In this document: positions 22,523-32,853 of the stretch, piece by piece
Position numbering within the stretch: position 1 is the stretch's first letter
Layout of the letters: every line of letters begins with the position of its first letter
Source of the DNA: Gammaproteobacteria bacterium
GTDB taxonomy: Bacteria > Pseudomonadota > Gammaproteobacteria > JABABF01
Length of the DNA stretch: 64,000 nt
Assembly (NCBI GenBank): GCA_965237805.1
Contig: OZ250153.1
Location: 544,001 to 608,000, forward strand
Direction: 5' to 3'
Made by a program: the position numbers and the translations under genes
Notes under the pieces: generated by a model
Told to the model about the DNA's origin: nothing
Database searches by the model: none
What the model saw: only the letters and a program-made list of their open reading frames with translations

Positions 22523-23665
22523 TCAGCCGTCACCCTCGGCAGAAAAATGCTGTTTGAGACGCTGTAGCCAAGAGTTGCGCTGCGGGCTGTGTCTGGTCTT
22601 ATGATCCATGGTGTCGGCCAAATCCAACAGCAAGCGGCGCTGGTTCTCGTCGAGATTGCGCGGCGTCTCGACCACCACCCGGCACAGCAGATCACCCGGC
22701 GCAGCGCGGCGCAATGTGCGCACCCCCTTGCCCCGCAGCCGCAACACTTCGCCGCTTTGGATGCCCGCCTTGAGCTTGGTGCGCAGCTTGCCACCGCCCA
22801 ATGCCGGCAGCTCCAGCGGGCCGCCCAGTGACGCCTCGATGATATCTACCGTCGCCTCGCAGCGCAGATCACGGCCCTCTCGCTGAAACATCGAATGCGG
22901 GCGCACTTTGACGCGGATAAACAGATCGCCAGGCGGCGCACCGCGCACCCCGGCCTCACCCTTGCCATGCAGGCGGAGCTCTTCGCCATCGTCCACTCCC
23001 GGCGGAATCTTCACCGACATGGTCTCGCTCTCGTTGACGCGGCCACTGCCACCACAGTCGCTACAGGGGTCGCCGATCTCGTGACCACCACCGCCGCAAT
23101 GTGGGCAACTCTGCCGCACTGTGAAGATGCCTTGGGTCATACGCACCGTGCCACTGCCATGGCAGTGGCGGCAACGCACCGGCCCGCTGTCCGAGGCCGA
23201 GCCACTACCATCGCAAGCAGTGCAGGCCACCGGCCGCGAGGGCAATGTCACGCGCTCGCTACAGCCCGCCACCGCCTGTTCTAAGTCCAGCGTCAAGACG
23301 AAGCGCAGATGACGCCCCTGCTGAGACTGTCGATGCCTAGAGCCACCGATGTCACCATCGCGGAAGATGTTGCCGAAGATATCACCGAAGATGTCCTCGA
23401 AGCCCGCACCGAAGCCCGCACCACCACTTTGTTGGGCCATACGCAGCCCGTCGTGGCCAAAACGATCGTAAGTGTTGCGCTGCTCGGCATCAGACAACAC
23501 CCCATAGGCCTCATTGGCCTCTTTGAGGCACTCTTCGGCAGCTTCGTCACCGGGATTGCGGTCGGGGTGGTTGCGCATCGCCAAGCGGCGATACGCCCCC
23601 TTCAACTCGCGCTCATCGGCGTCTTTGGAGACGCCGAGAACTTGATAATAGTCGCGTTTGGCCAT
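22523..23665 (-). CDS. dnaJ: Chaperone DnaJ
   Basis: MAKRDYY, HPD, four CxxCxGxG repeats. Confidence 0.98.
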   Translation of the reverse strand: MAKRDYYQVLGVSKDADERELKGAYRRLAMRNHPDRNPGDEAAEECLKEANEAYGVLSDAEQRNTYDRFGHDGLRMAQQSGGAGFGAGFEDIFGDIFGNIFRDGDIGGSRHRQSQQGRHLRFVLTLDLEQAVAGCSERVTLPSRPVACTACDGSGSASDSGPVRCRHCHGSGTVRMTQGIFTVRQSCPHCGGGGHEIGDPCSDCGGSGRVNESETMSVKIPPGVDDGEELRLHGKGEAGVRGAPPGDLFIRVKVRPHSMFQREGRDLRCEATVDIIEASLGGPLELPALGGGKLRTKLKAGIQSGEVLRLRGKGVRTLRRAAPGDLLCRVVVETPRNLDENQRRLLLDLADTMDHKTRHSPQRNSWLQRLKQHFSAEGDG

Positions 23666-23727
23666 CGATTACCGCGCCACCTCATGGCTACCGCGATCGG
23701 CTAATGCAACCGTGCGCGCGACGCCCC

Positions 23728-25662
23728 TCAGGCAGCTGTGCCGCTAGAGGCTTGATTGTCGTCGTTCACTTCTTCGACCTCGACATCGACCACCTGCTCG
23801 CCGTCGCCATCCGTGGCATCAACAACATCCGGCCCGGCCGCCTCGGCCCGCTCTTGGGCTTTGCGCATCAGCGGTGCCGCCGCCTCGCTGAGTTTTTGAA
23901 TCGCTTCGTCAATGGCTTCACGATCATCGCCCGGCACCGCCTCAGTCACCACCGCTATGCTCTCTTCGAGAGATTTTTTCTCCTCGTCGTCCAGCGCGTC
24001 GTCGAGATCGGCCATCATCTTGCCAGTGGAGTGCACCAAGGCCTCGGCGCTGTTGCGCGCCGCCACCAACTGCTCGAACTGGCGATCGGCCTCAGCATTG
24101 GACTCGGCATCGCGCACCATGCGGTCGATCTCTTCCTCCGATAGACCGCTGGAGCCACTGATGCGTATCGACTGCTCGCGGTTGGCCTGCTGCTCCTTGG
24201 CCGCAACATTGAGGATGCCGTTGGCATCGATGTCAAAAGTGACCTCGATCTGTGGCATGCCGCGCGGGGCTCCGGGGATATCGCAGAGGTCGAAGCGCCC
24301 TAGCGACTTGTTGTCGGATACCTTCTTGCGCTCCCCTTGGCAGATGTGCACTGTCACCGTGTTCTGATTGTCCTCGGCGGTGGAAAAAGTTTGCGACTTG
24401 CGGGTCGGGATGGTGGTGTTCTTATCGATCAGCGGTGTCATGACCCCGCCCAAGGTCTCGATGCCCAGCGTCAGCGGTGTCACATCGAGCAACAGCACAT
24501 CCTTGACATCGCCGGAGAGTACCGCACCTTGAATCGCCGCTCCCATTGCCACCGCTTCATCCGGGTTGAGGTCTTTGCGTGGCTCCCGACCGAAGAATGA
24601 TTTGACTTTCTCGCGCACCAGCGGCATCCGCGTCTGTCCGCCGACCAGCAGCACTTCGGAGATAGCGCCAGCATCGAGCTTGGCATCCTGCAAGGCCACG
24701 CGCATCGGCTCCAGCGTCTTATCCACCAAATCTTCGACCAAGGACTCGAGTTTGGCGCGGGTCAGCTGCATCACTAAATGCTTCGGACCGCTGCTGTCGG
24801 CAGTGATGTAGGGCAGGTTGATCTCGGTTTGCTGGCCACTCGACAGCTCGATCTTAGCCTTTTCAGATGCCTCTTTGAGCCGCTGGCGAGCCAAGGGGTC
24901 GCCGCGTAGATCCATGCCGTTCTCTTGCTCGAAGAAAGTGGCCAGATGATCGATCAGGCGCTGGTCGAAATCCTCGCCGCCGAGGAAGGTGTCGCCATTG
25001 GTGGACAGCACTTCGAACTGGCGTTCGCCGTCGACCTCGGCCGATTCGATGATCGAGATGTCAAAAGTGCCGCCACCCAAGTCGTAGACGGCCACTGTGT
25101 GGTCGCTGCCACGCTTGTCCATGCCGTAGGCCAACGCCGCCGCCGTTGGCTCGTTGACAACACGCTTGACATCGAGGCCAGCAATGCGGCCAGCATCTTT
25201 GGTCGCCTTGCGCTGGGAGTCATTGAAGTAGGCTGGCACCGTCACCACCACCTCGGTGACTTCAGTGCCCAAGTACTCCTCGGCAGTCTTCTTCATCTTC
25301 ATCAGCACTTGGGCAGAGACCTCTGGCGGTGCCATCTTGCGCCCGCGCACCTCGACCCAAGCGTCGCCGTTGTCCGCGCCAATAATTTTGTACGGCACCA
25401 AGTCTTTATCGCGCTGGACCACATCGTCTTTGAACTTGCGACCGACCAGCCGCTTGATCGCATACAGCGTGTTCTCCGGATTGGTCACCGCTTGGCGCTT
25501 GGCTGCTTGGCCGACCAGAATCTCGTCCTTTTCTGTGTAGGCAACCAGCGAGGGCGTCGTGCGCGCCCCCTCCGAATTCTCGATGACCTTAGCCGTTTTG
25601 CCCTCGACCACAGCGACACAGGAATTAGTTGTGCCGAGGTCGATGCCCACAATCTTGCCCAT
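23728..25662 (-). CDS. dnaK: Chaperone DnaK
   Basis: [27 protein letters not shown]. Confidence 0.99.
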   Translation of the reverse strand: MGKIVGIDLGTTNSCVAVVEGKTAKVIENSEGARTTPSLVAYTEKDEILVGQAAKRQAVTNPENTLYAIKRLVGRKFKDDVVQRDKDLVPYKIIGADNGDAWVEVRGRKMAPPEVSAQVLMKMKKTAEEYLGTEVTEVVVTVPAYFNDSQRKATKDAGRIAGLDVKRVVNEPTAAALAYGMDKRGSDHTVAVYDLGGGTFDISIIESAEVDGERQFEVLSTNGDTFLGGEDFDQRLIDHLATFFEQENGMDLRGDPLARQRLKEASEKAKIELSSGQQTEINLPYITADSSGPKHLVMQLTRAKLESLVEDLVDKTLEPMRVALQDAKLDAGAISEVLLVGGQTRMPLVREKVKSFFGREPRKDLNPDEAVAMGAAIQGAVLSGDVKDVLLLDVTPLTLGIETLGGVMTPLIDKNTTIPTRKSQTFSTAEDNQNTVTVHICQGERKKVSDNKSLGRFDLCDIPGAPRGMPQIEVTFDIDANGILNVAAKEQQANREQSIRISGSSGLSEEEIDRMVRDAESNAEADRQFEQLVAARNSAEALVHSTGKMMADLDDALDDEEKKSLEESIAVVTEAVPGDDREAIDEAIQKLSEAAAPLMRKAQERAEAAGPDVVDATDGDGEQVVDVEVEEVNDDNQASSGTAA

Positions 25663-25710
25663 AGTTTTCTGTCTCCCTAGATGAGAGTGCCGCCCTGTGC
25701 CCGGTAGGCC

Positions 25711-26475
25711 TCAGGCTGCGGTCTCGTTGTGTTCCAAGCCGCTGTCCGTGTGTTCTGAGCCACCGTCCACCGCCGTTTCTATCTCGTCCTCTAACACCGA
25801 TGGTGCCGTCACCACCACCCGCGCAGCCCGCAACAAGCGGTCGTGCAGGGTGTAGCCGCGCTGCACGACCTGCATCACCGTGTGGGGCACCACCGATGGG
25901 TCCTCCGCCGCCACCGAAGCGATCGCCTCGTGGAAAAGCGGGTCGAAGACCTGCCCTTGGGGATCTAACTCCTTGAGCCCATTGCGCTGCAACAGCTCGA
26001 GCAGATTGCGCCGCGTCAGGCGGATGCCCTCGACCAGCGGCTCGATCGCCTCACCCGTCACCTCGGCACCAGCTGCCACCACCGCAGCTGCTGTGTCGAC
26101 GGCGAGCCGCAACCCGTCCAACACTGGCGGCAGCTCGCTCATGAACTCTGCCAGCTGGTGGCGGCGGCTACGCTCCATCTGCTGCTCAGCGCGACGCTGC
26201 ACCGCCTCCATCTCATTGCGCGCATCGGCTACTTGGCGCAATAACTCGTCCCCACGCGCCTGCTCCACCTCGAGCTGGGCACGCAACTGCTCCAATTCCG
26301 ATGGTGGACTTTGTCCCGCCTCAGCGAGCCCGGCCACATCGGCATCGACCGCGGCTACCGGAGCCGCCAGCTCGCCGTCAATGCCGCCAGCTCCATCAGA
26401 CGTTGGCAGGTCGACGGGCTCGACCGTCTCAGCCCCGGAGGCGGGCGCTTCAGGCTGTCGCTCTCTGCTGGCCAT
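25711..26475 (-). CDS. grpE: Nucleotide exchange factor GrpE
   Basis: FDPLFHEAI, QRGYTLHDRLLRAARVVV; directly upstream of dnaK. Confidence 0.93.
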   Translation of the reverse strand: MASRERQPEAPASGAETVEPVDLPTSDGAGGIDGELAAPVAAVDADVAGLAEAGQSPPSELEQLRAQLEVEQARGDELLRQVADARNEMEAVQRRAEQQMERSRRHQLAEFMSELPPVLDGLRLAVDTAAAVVAAGAEVTGEAIEPLVEGIRLTRRNLLELLQRNGLKELDPQGQVFDPLFHEAIASVAAEDPSVVPHTVMQVVQRGYTLHDRLLRAARVVVTAPSVLEDEIETAVDGGSEHTDSGLEHNETAA

Positions 26476-26550
26476 AGCCGACACACTCCCGTCCAAAGTG
26501 CGCCCTAGCGCAACCCCAATCTGGTCAAATCTCAGTTCAGCCTATTCCTT

Positions 26551-26579
26551 ATATGGGGATGGAAGCGGTGCAATTCAAG
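26551..26579 (-). promoter_or_regulatory. Sigma32 (RpoH) heat-shock promoter for grpE-dnaK-dnaJ
   Basis: CTTGAA-N15-CCCCATAT on the minus strand matches the sigma32 consensus. Confidence 0.85.
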
Positions 26580-26635
26580 CGCCATGGGCGACACGGCAAT
26601 CTATAATCGGCAATGGGTCGGCCTTGCGAGCCTTC

Positions 26636-28318
26636 ATGCTGAGCGAACTGTGCATCCGGGATTTTGCCGTGCTCGGGCAGCTGGAGCTGGAATTTGCTGC
26701 CGGTATGACGGTGATCACTGGCGAGACGGGTGCTGGCAAATCGCTGCTGTTAGACGCCTTGGGGCTGGCGCTGGGTAGCCGCGCAGACGGCGGACGTGCA
26801 GTGCGGGCGGGTTGTGTGCGAGCCGAGATCAGTGCCCGCTTCCAACTCGAACCCCACAGCACCGCACTGGCTTGGTTGCGGGACGGGGGATGGGACGAGG
26901 ACGAGAGCACCACTGGCAGCACCGAATGCTTGGTGCAACGTAGCATCGGCGCTGAAGGACGCAGTCGCGCACGCATCAATGGCAGACCCTGCACCGTGCG
27001 CGAGCTGCGTGAACTGGGTGAACAGTTGGCGGTGCTACACGGTCAGCACGCCCACTACAGCTTGACCAGCACCGAGACCCAGCGCCAATTGCTCGACAGC
27101 GAGGAAGCCGCCGCCGAGCCCGCCGCCCGTGTGCGCGAAGCCGCCGCGCACTGGCGTGAGCTGCACCGACAACTGGCGGCACCAGACCGCACTACAGACA
27201 GCACACGCGGCGAGCTGCTGCGCTACCAGTGCCAAGAGTTGGGTGAGTTGGGCACGAGTCGGGCAGAGCTCGAAGCGCTCGATGAGGAACACCGCCGTTT
27301 GGCGGGAGCCGACGAGCTGAGAGCGCGTGTTGGCGAGGCGCTGGCAAGCTGCGGGGATGGGGCAGTGGCAACCGCGCTGACGGCCATCGCCGAGGCAGTG
27401 GGACGCGATGCGCAGCTGGGTGAAAGCCTCGAGCTACTGCAGGGTGCATCATCCCAGCTCGCCGAGGCGCAACGCACGATGACGGCCTACTTGGAGTCGC
27501 TGGAGGGCGATCCGGAACGGCTCGCAACAGTGGAGGGACGCCTGGCTGCGATCCACCGGGTGGCCCGCAAACATCGTATCCCAGAGGCCGAGCTACCAGC
27601 ACTAGCGGAGCGACTACAAGCCGAGCTGGCAGCGCTGGAAGCCACCTCGGCGCGGCGCGAAGCGCTACAGCGGCAAATCGAAGACGCCGAGGCGCGCTAC
27701 CGGCAGGCAGCCGATGCACTGAGCAGGGGCCGCGCCGATACCGCCAAACGGCTAGCACCCGCCGTGACAGCACTGTTGCGCGAGTTGGATCTGCCCCATG
27801 CCCGCTTTGCTGTGCACTTGGCACCACGCGACGACAGCACCCCCTCCGCTCTGGGTGCCGAATCACCGACATTCGAATTCGGTGCCAATCCCGGGCAGCC
27901 GATGGGGCCGCTCAGCCAAGTGCCCTCGGGTGGTGAACTGTCGCGCTTGGGACTCGCCCTGCAGGTGGCCACCGCCGCGCGCGCCGCACCGGACTGCCTA
28001 GTCTTTGACGAGGCCGACACCGGCGTCGGTAGCGCCGCCGCCAGCCGCGTCGGGGCGCTGTTGCGAGCCTTAGGAGACAGCTGCCAAGTGCTGTGCGTCA
28101 CCCATTTGGCGCAAGTGGCCAGCTGCGCAACTTGGCATCTGGTGGCGGACAAGATCACCGAGGAATCGCAGAGCCACAGCCAAGTGCGTCCCTTGGAGGA
28201 CGAAGCAGCGCGGGTGCAGGAGATCGCACGCCTGCTCTCTGGACGGCACACCAGCCAGCGCTCGCTGGCACATGCGCGCGAGATTCTGGCAGCGGCGACA
28301 GCAACCGCCCACGGCTGA
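26636..28318 (+). CDS. recN: DNA repair protein RecN
   Basis: TGETGAGKS, HGQHAH, SGGELSR, FDEADTG, CVTHLAQVA; true start ATG 26636 with TATAAT at 26602. Confidence 0.96.
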   Translation: MLSELCIRDFAVLGQLELEFAAGMTVITGETGAGKSLLLDALGLALGSRADGGRAVRAGCVRAEISARFQLEPHSTALAWLRDGGWDEDESTTGSTECLVQRSIGAEGRSRARINGRPCTVRELRELGEQLAVLHGQHAHYSLTSTETQRQLLDSEEAAAEPAARVREAAAHWRELHRQLAAPDRTTDSTRGELLRYQCQELGELGTSRAELEALDEEHRRLAGADELRARVGEALASCGDGAVATALTAIAEAVGRDAQLGESLELLQGASSQLAEAQRTMTAYLESLEGDPERLATVEGRLAAIHRVARKHRIPEAELPALAERLQAELAALEATSARREALQRQIEDAEARYRQAADALSRGRADTAKRLAPAVTALLRELDLPHARFAVHLAPRDDSTPSALGAESPTFEFGANPGQPMGPLSQVPSGGELSRLGLALQVATAARAAPDCLVFDEADTGVGSAAASRVGALLRALGDSCQVLCVTHLAQVASCATWHLVADKITEESQSHSQVRPLEDEAARVQEIARLLSGRHTSQRSLAHAREILAAATATAHG

Positions 28319-28363
28319 TTGGAAGAGCCGCCAGAACGCGGGTTTCAGCCCGGGTGGATGGTG

Positions 28364-28816
28364 CTAGCTAGCGCTGTCTTTGGGGCGCACAAAGAGCACG
28401 AGTCGGTGCCCGACCAAATCGTAGCCAGCCAGCGCAGCGATCTCGTGTTGCAAGCGCTCAATGTCGGCATTGCAGAACTCTTCGACGCGCCCGCTCTCCA
28501 CACAGATCATGTGGTCATGGTGACTGCGATGAGCCAATTCGAAGACCGCATGCTCACCCGCGAAATTGTGGCGGTCGACCAGACCAGCCTGCTCGAACTG
28601 GCTCAACACCCGGTAGATGGTCGTCAAGCCAACTTGGCGCTCGTCCCGCCGCAGATGCTCAAGGATTTCTTCAGCACTGAGATGCTGGCTAGTGTCGGCT
28701 GCTTTTTCGAGTGCCCGTAAAATGTCGCGCCGAGGGCGCGTCAGTTTGAGCCCCGCATGTTGTAGTGCCCGATCGCCGTGCAGCTCGGTCTCGCGTAGTG
28801 GTGCCACATCGACCAT
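28364..28816 (-). CDS. fur: Ferric uptake regulator
   Basis: AGLKLTRPR, HLSAEE, GLTTIYRVLSQFEQAG, HHDHMIC. Confidence 0.96.
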   Translation of the reverse strand: MVDVAPLRETELHGDRALQHAGLKLTRPRRDILRALEKAADTSQHLSAEEILEHLRRDERQVGLTTIYRVLSQFEQAGLVDRHNFAGEHAVFELAHRSHHDHMICVESGRVEEFCNADIERLQHEIAALAGYDLVGHRLVLFVRPKDSAS

Positions 28817-28888
28817 CACCGCTGTCCCCTACACCCTGCAACCGCTTCTATTATGCTTTAAAAGCACCCAGATGGGGATTACGCCACC

Positions 28889-29284
28889 ATGCCCAAGATC
28901 AACCCTAAACTCGCCGTCGCCACAGCGGTCGTGCTGGCGCTCAGCGCCTGCAGCTTCGATTGGTTGCCGGGCAGCTACCGCGTCTTGCTCCGAGAAGGCA
29001 AGATGCCGAACACCAAGCAGCTCGACCGGCTACGGGTCGGGATGACCAAGCGACAGGTGCGCCTACTGCTCGGCGAACCGGTGTTGCGCAACCCTTTCCA
29101 CAAACATTTGTGGTACTACATCCGGCGCGAAGAGACGTCCAAGCGGCGAGTGTCAGAACAATGCCTCGCATTGCGCTTCAAGGGTGAGGCGCTGACGCAC
29201 TTCGTGGAGAAGTCACGCGAAGTGCACATCGCAGGGGATGCGCAACCGTGGTGCGGCCCACAGGCAGCCAAGGTCAAACACTAG
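28889..29284 (+). CDS. bamE: Outer membrane assembly lipoprotein BamE (SmpA/OmlA)
   Basis: Lipobox LSAC, LRVGMTKRQVRLLLGEP, WYY; divergent from fur. Confidence 0.9.
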   Translation: MPKINPKLAVATAVVLALSACSFDWLPGSYRVLLREGKMPNTKQLDRLRVGMTKRQVRLLLGEPVLRNPFHKHLWYYIRREETSKRRVSEQCLALRFKGEALTHFVEKSREVHIAGDAQPWCGPQAAKVKH

Positions 29285-29329
29285 CAGAGGGCTAGAGAGC
29301 GGCGGGGCGCCCGCGCCGAGCTGGCCGCA

Positions 29330-29704
29330 TCAATTGTCAGCGGGAGTTGCTCCGGTAGCTGCGGACGCGGAGCTCTGTGACTGCTCTGCCTTTTGCTCCG
29401 CCCGCTTGCGGCGTTGCTCTTTGGGATCGGCCACCAGCGGGCGATAGATCTCGACGCGCTCGCCATCGCGCAAGACGCGGCTTTTAGGATCGGGCACCGC
29501 TTCGGAGAAAATGCCCATCGGCATCTCATCCAGATTGATCTGCCCCGCAAAGAACTCGGCGATGCCGGAGCGCACGGCGGCATCGTAGACGGTGCAGCCT
29601 TTTTCCACCTCCAGTGCCACGATGCGCTGGCGATCGGGCAGGGCGAAGGCCACCTCAACGCCGATGCGGCGCGCGACACCATCGGGCGCGGATCGATCAG
29701 CCAT
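29330..29704 (-). CDS. ratB: RnfH/RatB (YfjF) family ubiquitin-like protein
   Basis: VEVAFALPDRQ, LRDGERVEIYRPLVADPKEQRRKRA. Confidence 0.9.
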   Translation of the reverse strand: MADRSAPDGVARRIGVEVAFALPDRQRIVALEVEKGCTVYDAAVRSGIAEFFAGQINLDEMPMGIFSEAVPDPKSRVLRDGERVEIYRPLVADPKEQRRKRAEQKAEQSQSSASAATGATPADN

Positions 29705-30128
29705 ATTGCCGATGCGCCTCCGCACACATCGCCGCCATCGCACGATCGGCCGCCCGCTCTGACAGTCTGCCAAATAGCTGCCCGAGCAACCAACCCTCGG
29801 GCTCGCAATCCAGCGCCAACTCAACGCGGCAGGCGGCGGTGTCGAGGGCGTGGAAGCGCCAGCATCCACGCAGCTGCCGAAACGGCCCCTCCTCCAAGTC
29901 CAGCTTGATGTGCTCAGGGCGCCGCCAACGGTTGCGCGTCACCACTTGGTAGCGTCGCCCCAGCACCGACAACTCGAGACGGGCACGCACACCATCCACA
30001 TCGTGCGACAACAACTCAGCGCCCACACAACCCGGCACAAAGTCCGGGTAGCGGGTACAGTCCTCGACCAAGTGGAACATCTGTTCGCGCGGATAGGGCA
30101 GGATGGCGCTGCGCTTGATGGTCTGCAT
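29697..30128 (-). CDS. ratA: RatA/PasT (Coq10-like START domain)
   Basis: SAILPY, MFHLVED, YPDFVPGC, GPFRQLRGCWRF. Confidence 0.92.
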   Translation of the reverse strand: MQTIKRSAILPYPREQMFHLVEDCTRYPDFVPGCVGAELLSHDVDGVRARLELSVLGRRYQVVTRNRWRRPEHIKLDLEEGPFRQLRGCWRFHALDTAACRVELALDCEPEGWLLGQLFGRLSERAADRAMAAMCAEAHRQYG

Positions 30129-30236
30129 GGGGTGGCCTGCGGGCAGACGCGCAGCGGCAAGAGACTGGAGGCAGTATAACCACCGACACGCGATGGCAAA
30201 TGTTCTCTGCACAGACTGTCCCCCGCCCCGGCACCG

Positions 30237-30265
30237 TTGACACCAAGCATCCCAGAAACTAGCAT
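30237..30265 (+). promoter_or_regulatory. Sigma70 promoter of ssrA
   Basis: TTGACA-N17-TAGCAT ending 11 bp before the tmRNA 5' end. Confidence 0.65.
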
Positions 30266-30276
30266 AGAGCATCAAT

Positions 30277-30638
30277 GGGGGCGTTACCACTGGATTCGAC
30301 GGCGGTGACCAATCCTATAGGTGCATGCCGAGGGGGCTCGCGGTCCTCGTAAAATCCACGCGGCGAACAACTAGTCGACACTAACGACTACGCTCTGGCG
30401 GCTTAAGCCCCGCCAGCGGTTCTTCGAGGGGTGATCTGTCTCCCTTGAGCTGAACCGTCATAACGACAGGTCTGTCGCGTGGATTGTCTGGGCCACGCAG
30501 ACAGTACAACCAGGCTCGCCCACCGAAGTCCCTGCCCGTCGGGACGAGGAATTGGGCTAAAGCAATCGACGGGACAAGCATGTAGAGCCTGAGGAAAAGT
30601 GCCGACGGACACGGGTTCGACTCCCGTCGCCTCCACCA
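30277..30638 (+). ncRNA. ssrA: tmRNA
   Basis: 5' GGGGGCG...GGATTCGAC; 3' GGTTCGACTCCCGTCGCCTCCACCA with a G3-U acceptor pair; tag ORF 30377-30406 encodes DTNDYALAA*. Confidence 0.97.
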
Positions 30639-30963
30639 ATCATCGCTAACAACGCAACGATGCAATGCGGGATGGCAAATCCGACATCTGACGATAGCCA
30701 GCTACCAGAAAACAATGGCGCGCTGCAGGTGTGGGAATGAGGACTTAGCCGAAAAATAAAGGGGCTATTGCACGAAAATTCAACCATGCCTTAGGGCATG
30801 GCTGAGCGAATAACAACCAGAAAATCAGACAAAAGATAAAAAGCACATACCCCCAATATTTTGTTTTTTACGAAGCCGCATACTCAAGAGTACTGTGAGA
30901 TGGCGGTGGTCGGCACGACAAGCGCGCACACCGGACACACACAGCTGAGCTATAGGCACACTA

Positions 30964-31941
30964 CTAGGCATCCGTTGCAGAGTGGTACCCCTGCAGGCAG
31001 ACACGGACGGACTGCGCCACGCTTTGGGTGGGCTCCCAACCCAACTCTGCTTTGGCCTTGGACACGTCCGGGATGCGGGTGATGACATCGTCATCGTACT
31101 CTTTGACCGTCTCGAAGCGCAGCTCGCCACTGCTCGACATCAAATCTAGGTCTTGGGCACTCTGATAGATCAGCAAGGCCAAATCGCGCATCGACATCGG
31201 CTCTGGATTGCCCAAATTGTAGGTCTCGCCATCCGTTTTGGACTGAAATGAGAACTCGGCGATGGCGCGGGCGATATCACCGATCCAAGTAAAGCAACGG
31301 ACTTGATGGCCATCGCCGATGATCGGCAATGGGTTCTTGCGTTCGCCGATGATATTGCGGATGAAATCGGCGAAGACATGGCTGATCCCCTGCTCGGCCT
31401 CGCCCTGCTCGTGCGGGGTGATGATGTTGAAGGGACGCCAAATGACATGGCGCAAACCGTGCTGAGCGGCAAAGGCTCCGCACAGTTTTTCACCCATCAG
31501 CTTACTCATCCCGTAATCAGTGGCAGGGATCTTCGACTCAAAGGCATCCTGCTCCCGGCTGGGATGCTGTTGACAGCGCTCGTAAACCATCGACGAACTG
31601 ATATAGCAGACTTTGGAGACGCCGTGCTTCACCGCCGCCTGCAGGATATTGCTGTGCAACATCACATCTTTGGACAAGATGTCGGCGGGGTACTTGTGGA
31701 AACCACCGACACCGTAAATCAGAGCGGCCGCTTGGACAACGCCGTCGACACCGCGCAACAAGGGATCGACGAGATCGGGATCGCTGAGATCCCCGCGCAC
31801 GAACTCATAATCCCGTCGCCGGTCAATCTCGCCGTAGCGGGCAAAGTTGTCCACCCCCGTGACCGTGTGTCCCTGCGCGAGCAACAAGGGCATGAGCTGT
31901 TGCATCAATGAGCCTTCGGAACCGGTAACGAGGAGTTTCAC
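30964..31941 (-). CDS. NAD-dependent nucleotide-sugar epimerase/dehydratase (extended SDR)
   Basis: LVTGSEG, SSSMVY, YGMSK (YxxxK), RPFN, GDGHQVRCFT, YNLGNP. Confidence 0.9.
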   Translation of the reverse strand: MKLLVTGSEGSLMQQLMPLLLAQGHTVTGVDNFARYGEIDRRRDYEFVRGDLSDPDLVDPLLRGVDGVVQAAALIYGVGGFHKYPADILSKDVMLHSNILQAAVKHGVSKVCYISSSMVYERCQQHPSREQDAFESKIPATDYGMSKLMGEKLCGAFAAQHGLRHVIWRPFNIITPHEQGEAEQGISHVFADFIRNIIGERKNPLPIIGDGHQVRCFTWIGDIARAIAEFSFQSKTDGETYNLGNPEPMSMRDLALLIYQSAQDLDLMSSSGELRFETVKEYDDDVITRIPDVSKAKAELGWEPTQSVAQSVRVCLQGYHSATDA

Positions 31942-31944
31942 GAG

Positions 31945-32745
31945 TCAGTCCCGCATGCCTTCGAACACAGTGGTGCGATACCGTTGATTGTCATCCAGCA
32001 CCGCCTGCAACAGCTGCCCGGGCAACCCTAGCTGACGTGACAGCTGAACCAAGGCTCGCAGGTCCTTAGGCAAGCAGGCACCACCAAAGCCGCGAATATT
32101 TTCGTTGCAATCCAGATAGCTGTCGTCGATGTGGTCGCGCTGAACAACCGCTGCCTTGACCGTTGCATAGTCGACATCCAGCTGCTGGCACAGTTCGTAG
32201 AAATGGTTGGCAAAAGTAACCCGTAGCGCGTTGTAGGCATTGTTGAAGTACTTGACCAACTCGGCCGCCGTTGGAGAAACTTGGGAGAAACGGCGCGGAT
32301 AATGGCCGTGGGCGGTCTTGATCAAATCAAATATCTTGGCATCCTCGGTGCCGATCACACAGATGTCATGTTGCTCGCAAAAATCGCTGGCCGCGTACCG
32401 CTCGCGCAAAAATTCCGGCACGAAGCACAGTTTGAGCCGAGGATGGCGGCTACGCAATTTTTCAGTGGTGCCGGGCTCAACGGTGGATTTGATCGCCACC
32501 ACGCCACCGTAACCCAACTCGTCGAGTCCGCGCACCACCTCTTCGACAATGGTGGTGTCGCAACGCCCATCTTCCAACGATGCCGTGGGGACGCAGAGAA
32601 AACTGATGTCGGTATCAAGCACTTGAGCCAGCTCGGTCCCCAAGGTGATGTCATGTACTGAGATCTGGTGCCCCAACTTGGCACAGCCGTGCTCAATAGC
32701 GCTTCCGACCACCCCGCAGCCGACGATTCCTATATGCAATGACAT
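31945..32745 (-). CDS. Short UDP-glucose/GDP-mannose dehydrogenase family protein (no C-terminal domain)
   Basis: GIVGCGVVG, CVPT, IKSTVEPGT, PEFLRE, AELVKY, GFGGACLPKD; start MSLHIG; 266 aa. Confidence 0.9.
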   Translation of the reverse strand: MSLHIGIVGCGVVGSAIEHGCAKLGHQISVHDITLGTELAQVLDTDISFLCVPTASLEDGRCDTTIVEEVVRGLDELGYGGVVAIKSTVEPGTTEKLRSRHPRLKLCFVPEFLRERYAASDFCEQHDICVIGTEDAKIFDLIKTAHGHYPRRFSQVSPTAAELVKYFNNAYNALRVTFANHFYELCQQLDVDYATVKAAVVQRDHIDDSYLDCNENIRGFGGACLPKDLRALVQLSRQLGLPGQLLQAVLDDNQRYRTTVFEGMRD

Positions 32746-32853
32746 CGCTAATCCATACTGCTCGGTGGCGGCATTATAGAACCCTCCCCCCTCGTGTCCT
32801 AGCGACACGCCAAAGCAAAGCGGCCAAACATATCGTGTAGAATCCTTTGGCAA

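Noticed and set aside
25880-26635. N-terminal extension of RecN (812-aa ORF)
   Set aside because: It is antisense to grpE; RecN homology begins at ATG 26636, preceded by TATAAT.
29330-30128. ratA-ratB as a novel toxin-antitoxin system
   Set aside because: This is a well-known conserved pair; RatA is a Coq10-like protein.
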